Shown here piece after piece: positions 15,001-30,000 of a DNA stretch of 64,000 bases; the stretch's first letter is position 1, and each line of letters begins with the position of its first letter. The notes under the pieces are model-generated. The model was not told the origin of the DNA and did not search any database. It saw only the letters and a program-made list of their open reading frames with translations. Where the stretch lies: positions 6,696,001 to 6,760,000 of the forward strand of contig OZ024741.1 of assembly GCA_964016885.1 (NCBI GenBank). The letters are read 5' to 3'. Both the position numbers and the translations under genes were made by a program. This DNA comes from Eledone cirrhosa (lineage: Eukaryota).

Positions 15001-18000
15001 ATAGTTGTGAGGTTCCTAGCAGTTGTTAGTTGTATTTATTATATGTACTTATAGTTGTGAGGTTCCTAGCAGTTGTTAGTTGTATTTATTATATGTACTT
15101 ATAGTTGTGAGGTTCCTAGCAGTTGTTAGTTGTATTTATCATATGTATAGATAGTTGTGAGGTTCCTAGCAGTTGTTCATTGTATTTATTATATGTATTT
15201 ATAGTTGTGAGGTTCCTAGCAGTTGTTAGTTGTATTTATTATATGTATTTATAGTTGTGTGGTTCCTAGCAGTTGTTAGTTGTATTTATTATATGTATAT
15301 CTAGTTGTGAGGTTGTTAGTTGTATTTATTATATGTATATCTAGTTGTGAGGTTCCTAGCAGTTTTTAGTTGTATTTATATGTATATATGGTTGTGAGCC
15401 TCCTAGCAGTTTTTAGTTGTATTATATGTATATATAGTGGTGTGGCTCCTAGCAGTTGTTAGTTGTATTTATTATATGTATATATAGTTGTGAGGTTCCT
15501 AGCAGTTGTTAGTTGTATTATATGTATATATAGTTGTGTGGCTCCTAGCAGTTGTTAGTTGTATTTATTATATGTATATATAGTTGTGAGGCTCCTAGCA
15601 GTTGTTAGTTGTATTTATTATATGTACTTATAGTTGTGCGGTTCCTAGCAGTTGTTAGTTGTATTTATTATATGTATATATAGTTGTGAGGTTCCTAGCA
15701 GTTGTTCATTGTATTTATTATATGTATTTATAGTTGTGAGGTTCCTAGCAGTTGTTAATTGTATTTATTATATGTATATCTAGTTGTGAGGTTCCTAGCA
15801 GTTGTTAGTTGTATTTATTATATGTATTTATAGTTGTGTGGTTCCTAGCAGTTGTTAATTGTATTTATTATATGTATTTATAGTTGTGTGGTTCCTAGCA
15901 GTTGTTAATTGTATTTATTATATGTATATCTAGTTGTGAGGTTCCTAGCAGTTGTTAGTTGTATTTATTATATGTTCATATAGTTGTGAGGTTCCTAGCA
16001 GTTGTTAGTTGTATTTATTATATGTTCATATAGTTGTGAGGTTCCTAGCAGTTGTTCGTTGTATTTATTATATGTTCATATAGTTGTGAGGTTCCTAGCA
16101 GTTGTTAGTTGTATTTATTATATGTTCATATAGTTGTGAGGTTCCTAGCAGTTGTTAGTTGTATTTATTATATGTATTTATAGTTGTGAGGTTCCTAGCA
16201 GTTGTTAGTTGTATTATATGTATATATAGTTGTGAGGTTCCTAGCAGTTGTTAGTTTTATTTATTATATGTATATATAGTTGTGAGGTTCCTAGCAGTTG
16301 TTAGTTGTATTTATTATATGTATATATAGTTGTGAAGTTCCTAGCAGTTGTTAGTTGTATTTATTATATGTATATATAGTTGTGAGGTTCCTAGCAGTTG
16401 TTAGTTGTATTTATTATATGTATATATAGTTGTGAGGTTCCTAGCAGTTGTTAGTTTTATTTATTATATGTATATATAGTTGTGAGGTTCCTAGCAGTTG
16501 TTAGTTGTATTTATTATATGTATATATAGTTGTGAGGTTCCTAGCAGTTGTTAGTTGTATTTATTACATGTATTTATAGTTGGGAGGTTCCTAGCAGTTG
16601 TTAGTTGTGTTTATTATATGTATATATAGTTGTGAGGTTCCTAGCAGTTTTTAGTTGTATTTATCATATGTATATATAGTTGTGAGGTTCCTAGCAGTTG
16701 TTAGTTGTATTATATGTATATATAGTGGTGAGGCTCCTAGCAGTTGTTAGTTGTATTTATTATATGTATATATAGATGTGAGGTTCCTTGCAGTTGTTAG
16801 TTGTATTTATTATATGTATATATAGATGTGAGGCTCCTAGCAGTTGTTAGTTGTATTTATTATATGTATATATAGTTGTGAGGTTCCTAGCAGTTGTTAG
16901 TTGTATTTATTATATGTATATATAGATGTGAGGTTCCTTGCAGTTGTTAGTTGTATTTATTATATGTATATATAGTTGTGAGGTTCCTAGCAGTTGTTAG
17001 TTGTATTTATTATATGTATATATAGTTGTGAGGTTCCTAGCAGTTGTTCATTGTATTTATTATATGTATTTATAGTTGTGAGGTTCCTAGCAGTTGTTAG
17101 TTGTATTTATTATATGTATTTATAGTTGTGTGGTTCCTAGCTGTTTTTACTTGTATTTATTATGTATATATGGTTGTGAGGCTCCTAGCAGTTGTTAGTT
17201 GTATTTATTATATGTATATATAGTTGTGAAGTTCCTAGCTGTTGTTAGTTGTATTTATTATATGTATATATAGTTGGGAGGTTCCTAGCAGTTGTTAGTT
17301 GTATTTATATGTATATATAGTTGTGAGGCTCCTAGCAGTTGTTAGTTGTATTTATTATATGTATATATAGTTGTGAGGTTCCTAGCTGTTGTTAGTTGTA
17401 TTTATTATATGTATATATGGTTGTGAGGCTCCTAGCAGTTGTTAGTTGTATTTATTATATGTATATATAGTTGTGAGGTTCGTAGCTGTTGTTAGTTGTA
17501 TTTATTATATGTATATATAGTTGTGAGGTTCCTAGCTGTTGTTAGTTGTATTTATTATATGTATATATGGTTGTGAGGTTCCTAGCAGTTGTTAGTTGTA
17601 TTTATTATATGTATCTATAGTTGTGAGGTTCCTAGCAGTTGTTAGTTGTTTATTATATGTATATATAGTTGTGAGGTTCTTAGCAGTTGTTAGTTGTGTT
17701 TATTATATGTTTATATAGTTGTGAGGTTCCTAGCAGTTTTTAGTTGTAATTTTTATTGTATATATGGTTGTGAGGTTCTTAGCAGTTGTTAGTTGTGTTT
17801 ATTATATGTATATATAGTTGTGAGGTTCCTAGCAGTTTTTAGTTGTAATTTTTATTGTATATATGGTTGTGAGCCTGCTAGCAGTTGTTAGTTGTATTAT
17901 ATGTATATATAGTTGTGAGGCTTCCAGCAGTTGTTAGTTGTATTTATTATATCTATATATAGTTATGAGGCTCCTAGCAGTTGTTAGTTGTATTATATGT

Positions 18001-21000
18001 ATATATAGTTGTGAGGCTCCTAGCTATTGTTAGTTGTATTTATTATATGTATATATAGTTGTGAGGCTCCTAGCTATTGTTAGTTGTATTTATTATATGT
18101 ATATATAGTTATGAGGCTCCTAGCAGTTGTTAGTTGTATTTATTATATGTATTTATAGTTGTGAGGTTCCTAGCAGTTGTTAGTTGTATTTATTAAATGT
18201 ATTTTTAGTTGTGTGGTTCCTAGCAGTTGTTAGTTGTATTTATTATATGTATATATAGTTGTGAGGTTCCTAGCAGTTGTTAGTTGTATTTATTATATGT
18301 ATATCTAGTTGTGAGGTTCCTAGCAGTTTTTAGTTATATTTATATGTATATATAGTTGTGAGGTTCCCAGCAGTTGTTAGTTGTATTTATATGTATATAT
18401 GGTTGTGAGACTCCTAGCAGTTTTTAGTTGTATTATATGTATATATAGTGGTGTGGCTCCTAGCAGTTGTTAGTTGTATTTATTATATGTATATATAGTT
18501 GTGAGGTTCCTAGCAGTTGTTAGTTGTATTTATTATATGTACTTATAGTTGTGAGGTTCCTAGCAGTTGTTAGTTGTATTTATTATATGTACTTATAGTT
18601 GTGAGGTTCCTAGCAGTTGTTAGTTGTATTTATCATATGTATAGATAGTTGTGAGGTTCCTAGCAGTTGTTCATTGTATTTATTATATGTATTTATAGTT
18701 GTGAGGTTCCTAGCAGTTGTTAGTTGTATTTATTATATGTATTTATAGTTGTGTGGTTCCTAGCAGTTGTTAGTTGTATTTATTATATGTATATCTAGTT
18801 GTGAGGTTGTTAGTTGTATTTATTATATGTATATCTAGTTGTGAGGTTCCTAGCAGTTTTTAGTTGTATTTATATGTATATATGGTTGTGAGCCTCCTAG
18901 CAGTTTTTAGTTGTATTATATGTATATATAGTGGTGTGGCTCCTAGCAGTTGTTAGTTGTATTTATTATATGTATATATAGTTGTGAGGTTCCTAGCAGT
19001 TGTTAGTTGTATTATATGTATATATAGTTGTGTGGCTCCTAGCAGTTGTTAGTTGTATTTATTATATGTATATATAGTTGTGAGGCTCCTAGCAGTTGTT
19101 AGTTGTATTTATTATATGTACTTATAGTTGTGAGGTTCCTAGCAGTTGTTAGTTGTATTTATTATATGTATATATAGTTGTGAGGTTCCTAGCAGTTGTT
19201 CATTGTATTTATTATATGTATTTATAGTTGTGAGGTTCCTAGCAGTTGTTAATTGTATTTATTATATGTATATCTAGTTGTGAGGTTCCTAGCAGTTGTT
19301 AGTTGTATTTATTATATGTATTTATAGTTGTGTGGTTCCTAGCAGTTGTTAATTGTATTTATTATATGTATATATAGTTGGGAGGTTCCTAGCAGTTGTT
19401 AGTTGTATTTATATGTATATATAGTTGTGAGGCTCCTAGCAGTTGTTAGTTGTATTTATTATATGTATATATAGTTGTGAGGTTCCTAGCTGTTGTTAGT
19501 TGTATTTATTATATGTATATATGGTTGTGAGGCTCCTAGCAGTTGTTAGTTGTATTTATTATATGTATATATAGTTGTGAGGTTCGTAGCTGTTGTTAGT
19601 TGTATTTATTATATGTATATATAGTTGTGAGGTTCCTAGCTGTTGTTAGTTGTATTTATTATATGTATATATGGTTGTGAGGTTCCTAGCAGTTGTTAGT
19701 TGTATTTATTATATGTATCTATAGTTGTGAGGTTCCTAGCAGTTGTTACTTGTATATTATATGTATATATAGTTGTGAGGTTCTTAGCAGTTGTTAGTTG
19801 TGTTTATTATATGTATATATAGTTGTGAGGTTCCTAGCAGTTTTTAGTTGTAATTTTTATTGTATATATGGTTGTGAGCCTGCTAGCAGTTGTTAGTTGT
19901 ATTATATGTATATATAGTTGTGAGGCTTCCAGCAGTTGTTAGTTGTATTTATTATATCTATATATAGTTATGAGGCTCCTAGCAGTTGTTAGTTGTATTA
20001 TATGTATATATAGTTGTGAGGCTCCTAGCTATTGTTAGTTGTATTTATTATATGTATATATAGTTGTGAGGCTCCTAGCTATTGTTAGTTGTATTTATTA
20101 TATGTATATATAGTTATGAGGCTCCTAGCAGTTGTTAGTTGTATTTATTATATGTATTTATAGTTGTGAGGTTCCTAGCAGTTGTTAGTTGTATTTATTA
20201 AATGTATTTTTAGTTGTGTGGTTCCTAGCAGTTGTTAGTTGTATTTATTATATGTATATATAGTTGTGAGGTTCCTAGCAGTTGTTAGTTGTATTTATTA
20301 TATGTATATCTAGTTGTGAGGTTCCTAGCAGTTTTTAGTTATATTTATATGTATATATAGTTGTGAGGTTCCCAGCAGTTGTTAGTTGTATTTATATGTA
20401 TATATGGTTGTGAGCCTCCTAGCAGTTTTTAGTTGTATTTATTATATGTATATATAGTTGTGAGGTTCCTAGCAGTTGTTCATTGTATTTATTATATGTA
20501 TTTATAGTTGTGAGGTTCCTAGCAGTTGTTAGTTGTATTTATTATATGTATTTATAGTTGTGTGGTTCCTAGCTGTTTTTACTTGTATTTATTATGTATA
20601 TATGGTTGTGAGGCTCCTAGCAGTTGTTAGTTGTATTTATTATATGTATATATAGTTGTGAAGTTCCTAGCTGTTGTTAGTTGTATTTATTATATGTATA
20701 TATAGTTGGGAGGTTCCTAGCAGTTGTTAGTTGTATTTATATGTATATATAGTTGTGAGGCTCCTAGCAGTTGTTAGTTGTATTTATTATATGTATATAT
20801 AGTTGTGAGGTTCCTAGCTGTTGTTAGTTGTATTTATTATATGTATATATGGTTGTGAGGCTCCTAGCAGTTGTTAGTTGTATTTATTATATGTATATAT
20901 AGTTGTGAGGTTCGTAGCTGTTGTTAGTTGTATTTATTATATGTATATATAGTTGTGAGGTTCCTAGCTGTTGTTAGTTGTATTTATTATATGTATATAT

Positions 21001-24000
21001 GGTTGTGAGGTTCCTAGCAGTTGTTAGTTGTATTTATTATATGTATCTATAGTTGTGAGGTTCCTAGCAGTTGTTAGTTGTTTATTATATGTATATATAG
21101 TTGTGAGGTTCTTAGCAGTTGTTAGTTGTGTTTATTATATGTATATATAGTTGTGAGGTTCCTAGCAGTTTTTAGTTGTAATTTTTATTGTATATATGGT
21201 TGTGAGCCTGCTAGCAGTTGTTAGTTGTATTATATGTATATATAGTTGTGAGGCTTCCAGCAGTTGTTAGTTGTATTTATTATATCTATATATAGTTATG
21301 AGGCTCCTAGCAGTTGTTAGTTGTATTATATGTATATATAGTTGTGAGGCTCCTAGCTATTGTTAGTTGTATTTATTATATGTATATATAGTTGTGAGGC
21401 TCCTAGCTATTGTTAGTTGTATTTATTATATGTATATATAGTTATGAGGCTCCTAGCAGTTGTTAGTTGTATTTATTATATGTATTTATAGTTGTGAGGT
21501 TCCTAGCAGTTGTTAGTTGTATTTATTAAATGTATTTTTAGTTGTGTGGTTCCTAGCAGTTGTTAGTTGTATTTATTATATGTATATATAGTTGTGAGGT
21601 TCCCAGCAGTTGTTAGTTGTATTTGTTATATGTATATATGGTTGTGAGCCTCCTAGCAGTTTTTAGTTGTATTATATGTATATATAGTGGTGAGGCTCCT
21701 AGCAGTTGTTAGTTGTCTTTATTATATGTATATATAGTTGTGAGGTTCCTAGCAGTTGTTAGTTGTATTATATGTATATATAGTGGTGAGGCTCCTAGCA
21801 GTTGTTAGTTGTATATATTATATGTATTTATAGTTGTGAGGTTCCTAGCAGTTGTTCATTGTATTTATTATATGTATTTATAGTTGTGAGTTTCCTAGCA
21901 GTTATTAATTGTATTTATTATATGTATTTATAGTTGTGAGGTTCCTAGCAGTTGTTAATTGTATTTATTATATGTATATCTATTTGTGAGGTTCCTAGCA
22001 GTTGTTAGTTGTATTTATTATATGTTCATATAGTTGTGAGGTTCCTAGCAGTTGTTAGTTGTATTTATTATATGTATTTATAGTTGTGAGGTTCCTAGCA
22101 GTTGTTAGTTGTATTATATGTATATATAGTTGTGAGGTTCCTAGCAGTTGTTAGTTGTATTTATTATATGTATATATAGTTGTGAGGTTCCTAGCAGTTG
22201 TTAGTTGTATTTATTACATGTATTTATAGCTGGGAGGTTCCTAGCAGTTGTTAGTTGTGTTTATTATATGTATATATAGTTGTGAGTTTCCTAGCAGTTA
22301 TTAATTGTATTTATTATATGTATTTATAGTTGTGAGGTTCCTAGCAGTTGTTAATTGTATTTATTATATGTATATCTATTTGTGAGGTTCCTAGCAGTTG
22401 TTAGTTGTATTTATTATATGTATTTATAGTCGTGAGGTTCCTAGCAGTTGTTAGTTGTATTATATGTATATATAGTTGTGTGGTTCCTAGCTGTTGTTAT
22501 TTGTATTTATTATATGTATTTATAGTTGTGTGGTTACTAGCAGTTGTTAGTTGTATTTATTATATGTATATATAGTTGTGAGGTTCCTACCAGTTGTTAA
22601 TTGTATTATATGTATATATAGTGGTGAGGCTCCTAGCAGTTGTTAGTTTTGTTTATATGTATATATAGTTGTGAGGTTCCTAGCAGTTGTTAGTTGTGTT
22701 TATTATATGTATATATAGTTGTGAGGTTCCTAGCAGTTTTTAGTTGTAATTTTTATTGTATATATGGTTGTGAGCCTGCTAGCAGTTGTTAGTTGTATTA
22801 TATGTATATATAGTTGTGAGGTTCCTAGCAGTTGTTAGTTTTATTTATTATATGTATATATAGTTGTGAGGTTCCTAGCAGTTGTTAGTTGTATTTATTA
22901 TATGTATATATAGTTGTGAAGTTCCTAGCAGTTGTTAGTTGTATTTATTATATGTATATATAGTTGTGAGGTTCCTAGCAGTTGTTAGTTGTATTTATTA
23001 TATGTATATATAGTTGTGAGGTTCCTAGCAGTTGTTAGTTTTATTTATTATATGTATATATAGTTGTGAGGTTCCTAGCAGTTGTTAGTTGTATTTATTA
23101 TATGTATATATAGTTGTGAGGTTCCTAGCAGTTGTTAGTTGTATTTATTACATGTATTTATAGTTGGGAGGTTCCTAGCAGTTGTTAGTTGTGTTTATTA
23201 TATGTATATATAGTTGTGAGGTTCCTAGCAGTTTTTAGTTGTATTTATCATATGTATATATAGTTGTGAGGTTCCTAGCAGTTGTTAGTTGTATTATATG
23301 TATATATAGTGGTGAGGCTCCTAGCAGTTGTTAGTTGTATTTATTATATGTATATATAGATGTGAGGTTCCTTGCAGTTGTTAGTTGTATTTATTATATG
23401 TATATATAGATGTGAGGCTCCTAGCAGTTGTTAGTTGTATTTATTATATGTATATATAGTTGTGAGGTTCCTAGCAGTTGTTAGTTGTATTTATTATATG
23501 TATATATAGATGTGAGGTTCCTTGCAGTTGTTAGTTGTATTTATTATATGTATATATAGTTGTGAGGTTCCTAGCAGTTGTTAGTTGTATTTATTATATG
23601 TATATATAGTTGTGAGGTTCCTAGCAGTTGTTCATTGTATTTATTATATGTATTTATAGTTGTGAGGTTCCTAGCAGTTGTTAGTTGTATTTATTATATG
23701 TATTTATAGTTGTGTGGTTCCTAGCTGTTTTTACTTGTATTTATTATGTATATATGGTTGTGAGGCTCCTAGCAGTTGTTAGTTGTATTTATTATATGTA
23801 TATATAGTTGTGAAGTTCCTAGCTGTTGTTAGTTGTATTTATTATATGTATATATAGTTGGGAGGTTCCTAGCAGTTGTTAGTTGTATTTATATGTATAT
23901 ATAGTTGTGAGGCTCCTAGCAGTTGTTAGTTGTATTTATTATATGTATATATAGTTGTGAGGTTCCTAGCTGTTGTTAGTTGTATTTATTATATGTATAT

Positions 24001-27000
24001 ATGGTTGTGAGGCTCCTAGCAGTTGTTAGTTGTATTTATTATATGTATATATAGTTGTGAGGTTCGTAGCTGTTGTTAGTTGTATTTATTATATGTATAT
24101 ATAGTTGTGAGGTTCCTAGCTGTTGTTAGTTGTATTTATTATATGTATATATGGTTGTGAGGTTCCTAGCAGTTGTTAGTTGTATTTATTATATGTATCT
24201 ATAGTTGTGAGGTTCCTAGCAGTTGTTAGTTGTTTATTATATGTATATATAGTTGTGAGGTTCTTAGCAGTTGTTAGTTGTGTTTATTATATGTTTATAT
24301 AGTTGTGAGGTTCCTAGCAGTTTTTAGTTGTAATTTTTATTGTATATATGGTTGTGAGGTTCTTAGCAGTTGTTAGTTGTGTTTATTATATGTATATATA
24401 GTTGTGAGGTTCCTAGCAGTTTTTAGTTGTAATTTTTATTGTATATATGGTTGTGAGCCTGCTAGCAGTTGTTAGTTGTATTATATGTATATATAGTTGT
24501 GAGGCTTCCAGCAGTTGTTAGTTGTATTTATTATATCTATATATAGTTATGAGGCTCCTAGCAGTTGTTAGTTGTATTATATGTATATATAGTTGTGAGG
24601 CTCCTAGCTATTGTTAGTTGTATTTATTATATGTATATATAGTTGTGAGGCTCCTAGCTATTGTTAGTTGTATTTATTATATGTATATATAGTTATGAGG
24701 CTCCTAGCAGTTGTTAGTTGTATTTATTATATGTATTTATAGTTGTGAGGTTCCTAGCAGTTGTTAGTTGTATTTATTAAATGTATTTTTAGTTGTGTGG
24801 TTCCTAGCAGTTGTTAGTTGTATTTATTATATGTATATATAGTTGTGAGGTTCCTAGCAGTTGTTAGTTGTATTTATTATATGTATATCTAGTTGTGAGG
24901 TTCCTAGCAGTTTTTAGTTATATTTATATGTATATATAGTTGTGAGGTTCCCAGCAGTTGTTAGTTGTATTTATATGTATATATGGTTGTGAGACTCCTA
25001 GCAGTTTTTAGTTGTATTATATGTATATATAGTGGTGTGGCTCCTAGCAGTTGTTAGTTGTATTTATTATATGTATATATAGTTGTGAGGTTCCTAGCAG
25101 TTGTTAGTTGTATTTATTATATGTACTTATAGTTGTGAGGTTCCTAGCAGTTGTTAGTTGTATTTATTATATGTACTTATAGTTGTGAGGTTCCTAGCAG
25201 TTGTTAGTTGTATTTATCATATGTATAGATAGTTGTGAGGTTCCTAGCAGTTGTTCATTGTATTTATTATATGTATTTATAGTTGTGAGGTTCCTAGCAG
25301 TTGTTAGTTGTATTTATTATATGTATTTATAGTTGTGTGGTTCCTAGCAGTTGTTAGTTGTATTTATTATATGTATATCTAGTTGTGAGGTTGTTAGTTG
25401 TATTTATTATATGTATATCTAGTTGTGAGGTTCCTAGCAGTTTTTAGTTGTATTTATATGTATATATGGTTGTGAGCCTCCTAGCAGTTTTTAGTTGTAT
25501 TATATGTATATATAGTGGTGTGGCTCCTAGCAGTTGTTAGTTGTATTTATTATATGTATATATAGTTGTGAGGTTCCTAGCAGTTGTTAGTTGTATTATA
25601 TGTATATATAGTTGTGTGGCTCCTAGCAGTTGTTAGTTGTATTTATTATATGTATATATAGTTGTGAGGCTCCTAGCAGTTGTTAGTTGTATTTATTATA
25701 TGTACTTATAGTTGTGAGGTTCCTAGCAGTTGTTAGTTGTATTTATTATATGTATATATAGTTGTGAGGTTCCTAGCAGTTGTTCATTGTATTTATTATA
25801 TGTATTTATAGTTGTGAGGTTCCTAGCAGTTGTTAATTGTATTTATTATATGTATATCTAGTTGTGAGGTTCCTAGCAGTTGTTAGTTGTATTTATTATA
25901 TGTATTTATAGTTGTGTGGTTCCTAGCAGTTGTTAATTGTATTTATTATATGTATATATAGTTGGGAGGTTCCTAGCAGTTGTTAGTTGTATTTATATGT
26001 ATATATAGTTGTGAGGCTCCTAGCAGTTGTTAGTTGTATTTATTATATGTATATATAGTTGTGAGGTTCCTAGCTGTTGTTAGTTGTATTTATTATATGT
26101 ATATATGGTTGTGAGGCTCCTAGCAGTTGTTAGTTGTATTTATTATATGTATATATAGTTGTGAGGTTCGTAGCTGTTGTTAGTTGTATTTATTATATGT
26201 ATATATAGTTGTGAGGTTCCTAGCTGTTGTTAGTTGTATTTATTATATGTATATATGGTTGTGAGGTTCCTAGCAGTTGTTAGTTGTATTTATTATATGT
26301 ATCTATAGTTGTGAGGTTCCTAGCAGTTGTTACTTGTTTATTATATGTATATATAGTTGTGAGGTTCTTAGCAGTTGTTAGTTGTGTTTATTATATGTAT
26401 ATATAGTTGTGAGGTTCCTAGCAGTTTTTAGTTGTAATTTTTATTGTATATATGGTTGTGAGCCTGCTAGCAGTTGTTAGTTGTATTATATGTATATATA
26501 GTTGTGAGGCTTCCAGCAGTTGTTAGTTGTATTTATTATATCTATATATAGTTATGAGGCTCCTAGCAGTTGTTAGTTGTATTATATGTATATATAGTTG
26601 TGAGGCTCCTAGCTATTGTTAGTTGTATTTATTATATGTATATATAGTTGTGAGGCTCCTAGCTATTGTTAGTTGTATTTATTATATGTATATATAGTTA
26701 TGAGGCTCCTAGCAGTTGTTAGTTGTATTTATTATATGTATTTATAGTTGTGAGGTTCCTAGCAGTTGTTAGTTGTATTTATTAAATGTATTTTTAGTTG
26801 TGTGGTTCCTAGCAGTTGTTAGTTGTATTTATTATATGTATATATAGTTGTGAGGTTCCTAGCAGTTGTTAGTTGTATTTATTATATGTATATCTAGTTG
26901 TGAGGTTCCTAGCAGTTTTTAGTTATATTTATATGTATATATAGTTGTGAGGTTCCCAGCAGTTGTTAGTTGTATTTATATGTATATATGGTTGTGAGCC

Positions 27001-30000
27001 TCCTAGCAGTTTTTAGTTGTATTTATTATATGTATATATAGTTGTGAGGTTCCTAGCAGTTGTTCATTGTATTTATTATATGTATTTATAGTTGTGAGGT
27101 TCCTAGCAGTTGTTAGTTGTATTTATTATATGTATTTATAGTTGTGTGGTTCCTAGCTGTTTTTACTTGTATTTATTATGTATATATGGTTGTGAGGCTC
27201 CTAGCAGTTGTTAGTTGTATTTATTATATGTATATATAGTTGTGAAGTTCCTAGCTGTTGTTAGTTGTATTTATTATATGTATATATAGTTGGGAGGTTC
27301 CTAGCAGTTGTTAGTTGTATTTATATGTATATATAGTTGTGAGGCTCCTAGCAGTTGTTAGTTGTATTTATTATATGTATATATAGTTGTGAGGTTCCTA
27401 GCTGTTGTTAGTTGTATTTATTATATGTATATATGGTTGTGAGGCTCCTAGCAGTTGTTAGTTGTATTTATTATATGTATATATAGTTGTGAGGTTCGTA
27501 GCTGTTGTTAGTTGTATTTATTATATGTATATATAGTTGTGAGGTTCCTAGCTGTTGTTAGTTGTATTTATTATATGTATATATGGTTGTGAGGTTCCTA
27601 GCAGTTGTTAGTTGTATTTATTATATGTATCTATAGTTGTGAGGTTCCTAGCAGTTGTTAGTTGTTTATTATATGTATATATAGTTGTGAGGTTCTTAGC
27701 AGTTGTTAGTTGTGTTTATTATATGTATATATAGTTGTGAGGTTCCTAGCAGTTTTTAGTTGTAATTTTTATTGTATATATGGTTGTGAGCCTGCTAGCA
27801 GTTGTTAGTTGTATTATATGTATATATAGTTGTGAGGCTTCCAGCAGTTGTTAGTTGTATTTATTATATCTATATATAGTTATGAGGCTCCTAGCAGTTG
27901 TTAGTTGTATTATATGTATATATAGTTGTGAGGCTCCTAGCTATTGTTAGTTGTATTTATTATATGTATATATAGTTGTGAGGCTCCTAGCTATTGTTAG
28001 TTGTATTTATTATATGTATATATAGTTATGAGGCTCCTAGCAGTTGTTAGTTGTATTTATTATATGTATTTATAGTTGTGAGGTTCCTAGCAGTTGTTAG
28101 TTGTATTTATTAAATGTATTTTTAGTTGTGTGGTTCCTAGCAGTTGTTAGTTGTATTTATTATATGTATATATAGTTGTGAGGTTCCCAGCAGTTGTTAG
28201 TTGTATTTGTTATATGTATATATGGTTGTGAGCCTCCTAGCAGTTTTTAGTTGTATTATATGTATATATAGTGGTGAGGCTCCTAGCAGTTGTTAGTTGT
28301 CTTTATTATATGTATATATAGTTGTGAGGTTCCTAGCAGTTGTTAGTTGTATTATATGTATATATAGTGGTGAGGCTCCTAGCAGTTGTTAGTTGTATAT
28401 ATTATATGTATTTATAGTTGTGAGGTTCCTAGCAGTTGTTCATTGTATTTATTATATGTATTTATAGTTGTGAGTTTCCTAGCAGTTATTAATTGTATTT
28501 ATTATATGTATTTATAGTTGTGAGGTTCCTAGCAGTTGTTAATTGTATTTATTATATGTATATCTATTTGTGAGGTTCCTAGCAGTTGTTAGTTGTATTT
28601 ATTATATGTTCATATAGTTGTGAGGTTCCTAGCAGTTGTTAGTTGTATTTATTATATGTATTTATAGTTGTGAGGTTCCTAGCAGTTGTTAGTTGTATTA
28701 TATGTATATATAGTTGTGAGGTTCCTAGCAGTTGTTAGTTGTATTTATTATATGTATATATAGTTGTGAGGTTCCTAGCAGTTGTTAGTTGTATTTATTA
28801 CATGTATTTATAGCTGGGAGGTTCCTAGCAGTTGTTAGTTGTGTTTATTATATGTATATATAGTTGTGAGTTTCCTAGCAGTTATTAATTGTATTTATTA
28901 TATGTATTTATAGTTGTGAGGTTCCTAGCAGTTGTTAATTGTATTTATTATATGTATATCTATTTGTGAGGTTCCTAGCAGTTGTTAGTTGTATTTATTA
29001 TATGTATTTATAGTCGTGAGGTTCCTAGCAGTTGTTAGTTGTATTATATGTATATATAGTTGTGTGGTTCCTAGCTGTTGTTATTTGTATTTATTATATG
29101 TATTTATAGTTGTGTGGTTACTAGCAGTTGTTAGTTGTATTTATTATATGTATATATAGTTGTGAGGTTCCTACCAGTTGTTAATTGTATTATATGTATA
29201 TATAGTGGTGAGGCTCCTAGCAGTTGTTAGTTTTGTTTATATGTATATATAGTTGTGAGGTTCCTAGCAGTTGTTAGTTGTGTTTATTATATGTATATAT
29301 AGTTGTGAGGTTCCTAGCAGTTTTTAGTTGTAATTTTTATTGTATATATGGTTGTGAGCCTGCTAGCAGTTGTTAGTTGTATTATATGTATATATAGTTG
29401 TGAGGCTTCCAGCAGTTGTTAGTTGTATTTATTATATCTATATATAGTTATGAGGCTCCTAGCAGTTGTTAGTTGTATTATATGTATATATAGTTGTGAG
29501 GCTCCTAGCTATTGTTAGTTGTATTTATTATATGTATATATAGTTGTGAGGCTCCTAGCTATTGTTAGTTGTATTTATTATATGTATATATAGTTATGAG
29601 GCTCCTAGCAGTTGTTAGTTGTATTTATATGTATATATGGTTGTGAGCCTCCTAGCAGTTTTTAGTTGTATTATATGTATATATAGTGGTGTGGCTCCTA
29701 GCAGTTGTTAGTTGTATTTATTATATGTATATATAGTTGTGAGGTTCCTAGCAGTTGTTAGTTGTATTATATGTATATATAGTTGTGAGGCTCCTAGCAG
29801 TTGTTAGTTGTATTTATTATATGTATATATAGTTGTGAGGCTCCTAGCAGTTGTTAGTTGTATTTATTATATGTCCTTATAGTTGTGAGGTTCCTAGCAG
29901 TTGTTAGTTGTATTTATTATATGTATATATAGTTGTGAGGTTCCTAGCAGTTGTTCATTGTATTTATTATATGTATTTATAGTTGTGAGGTTCCTAGCAG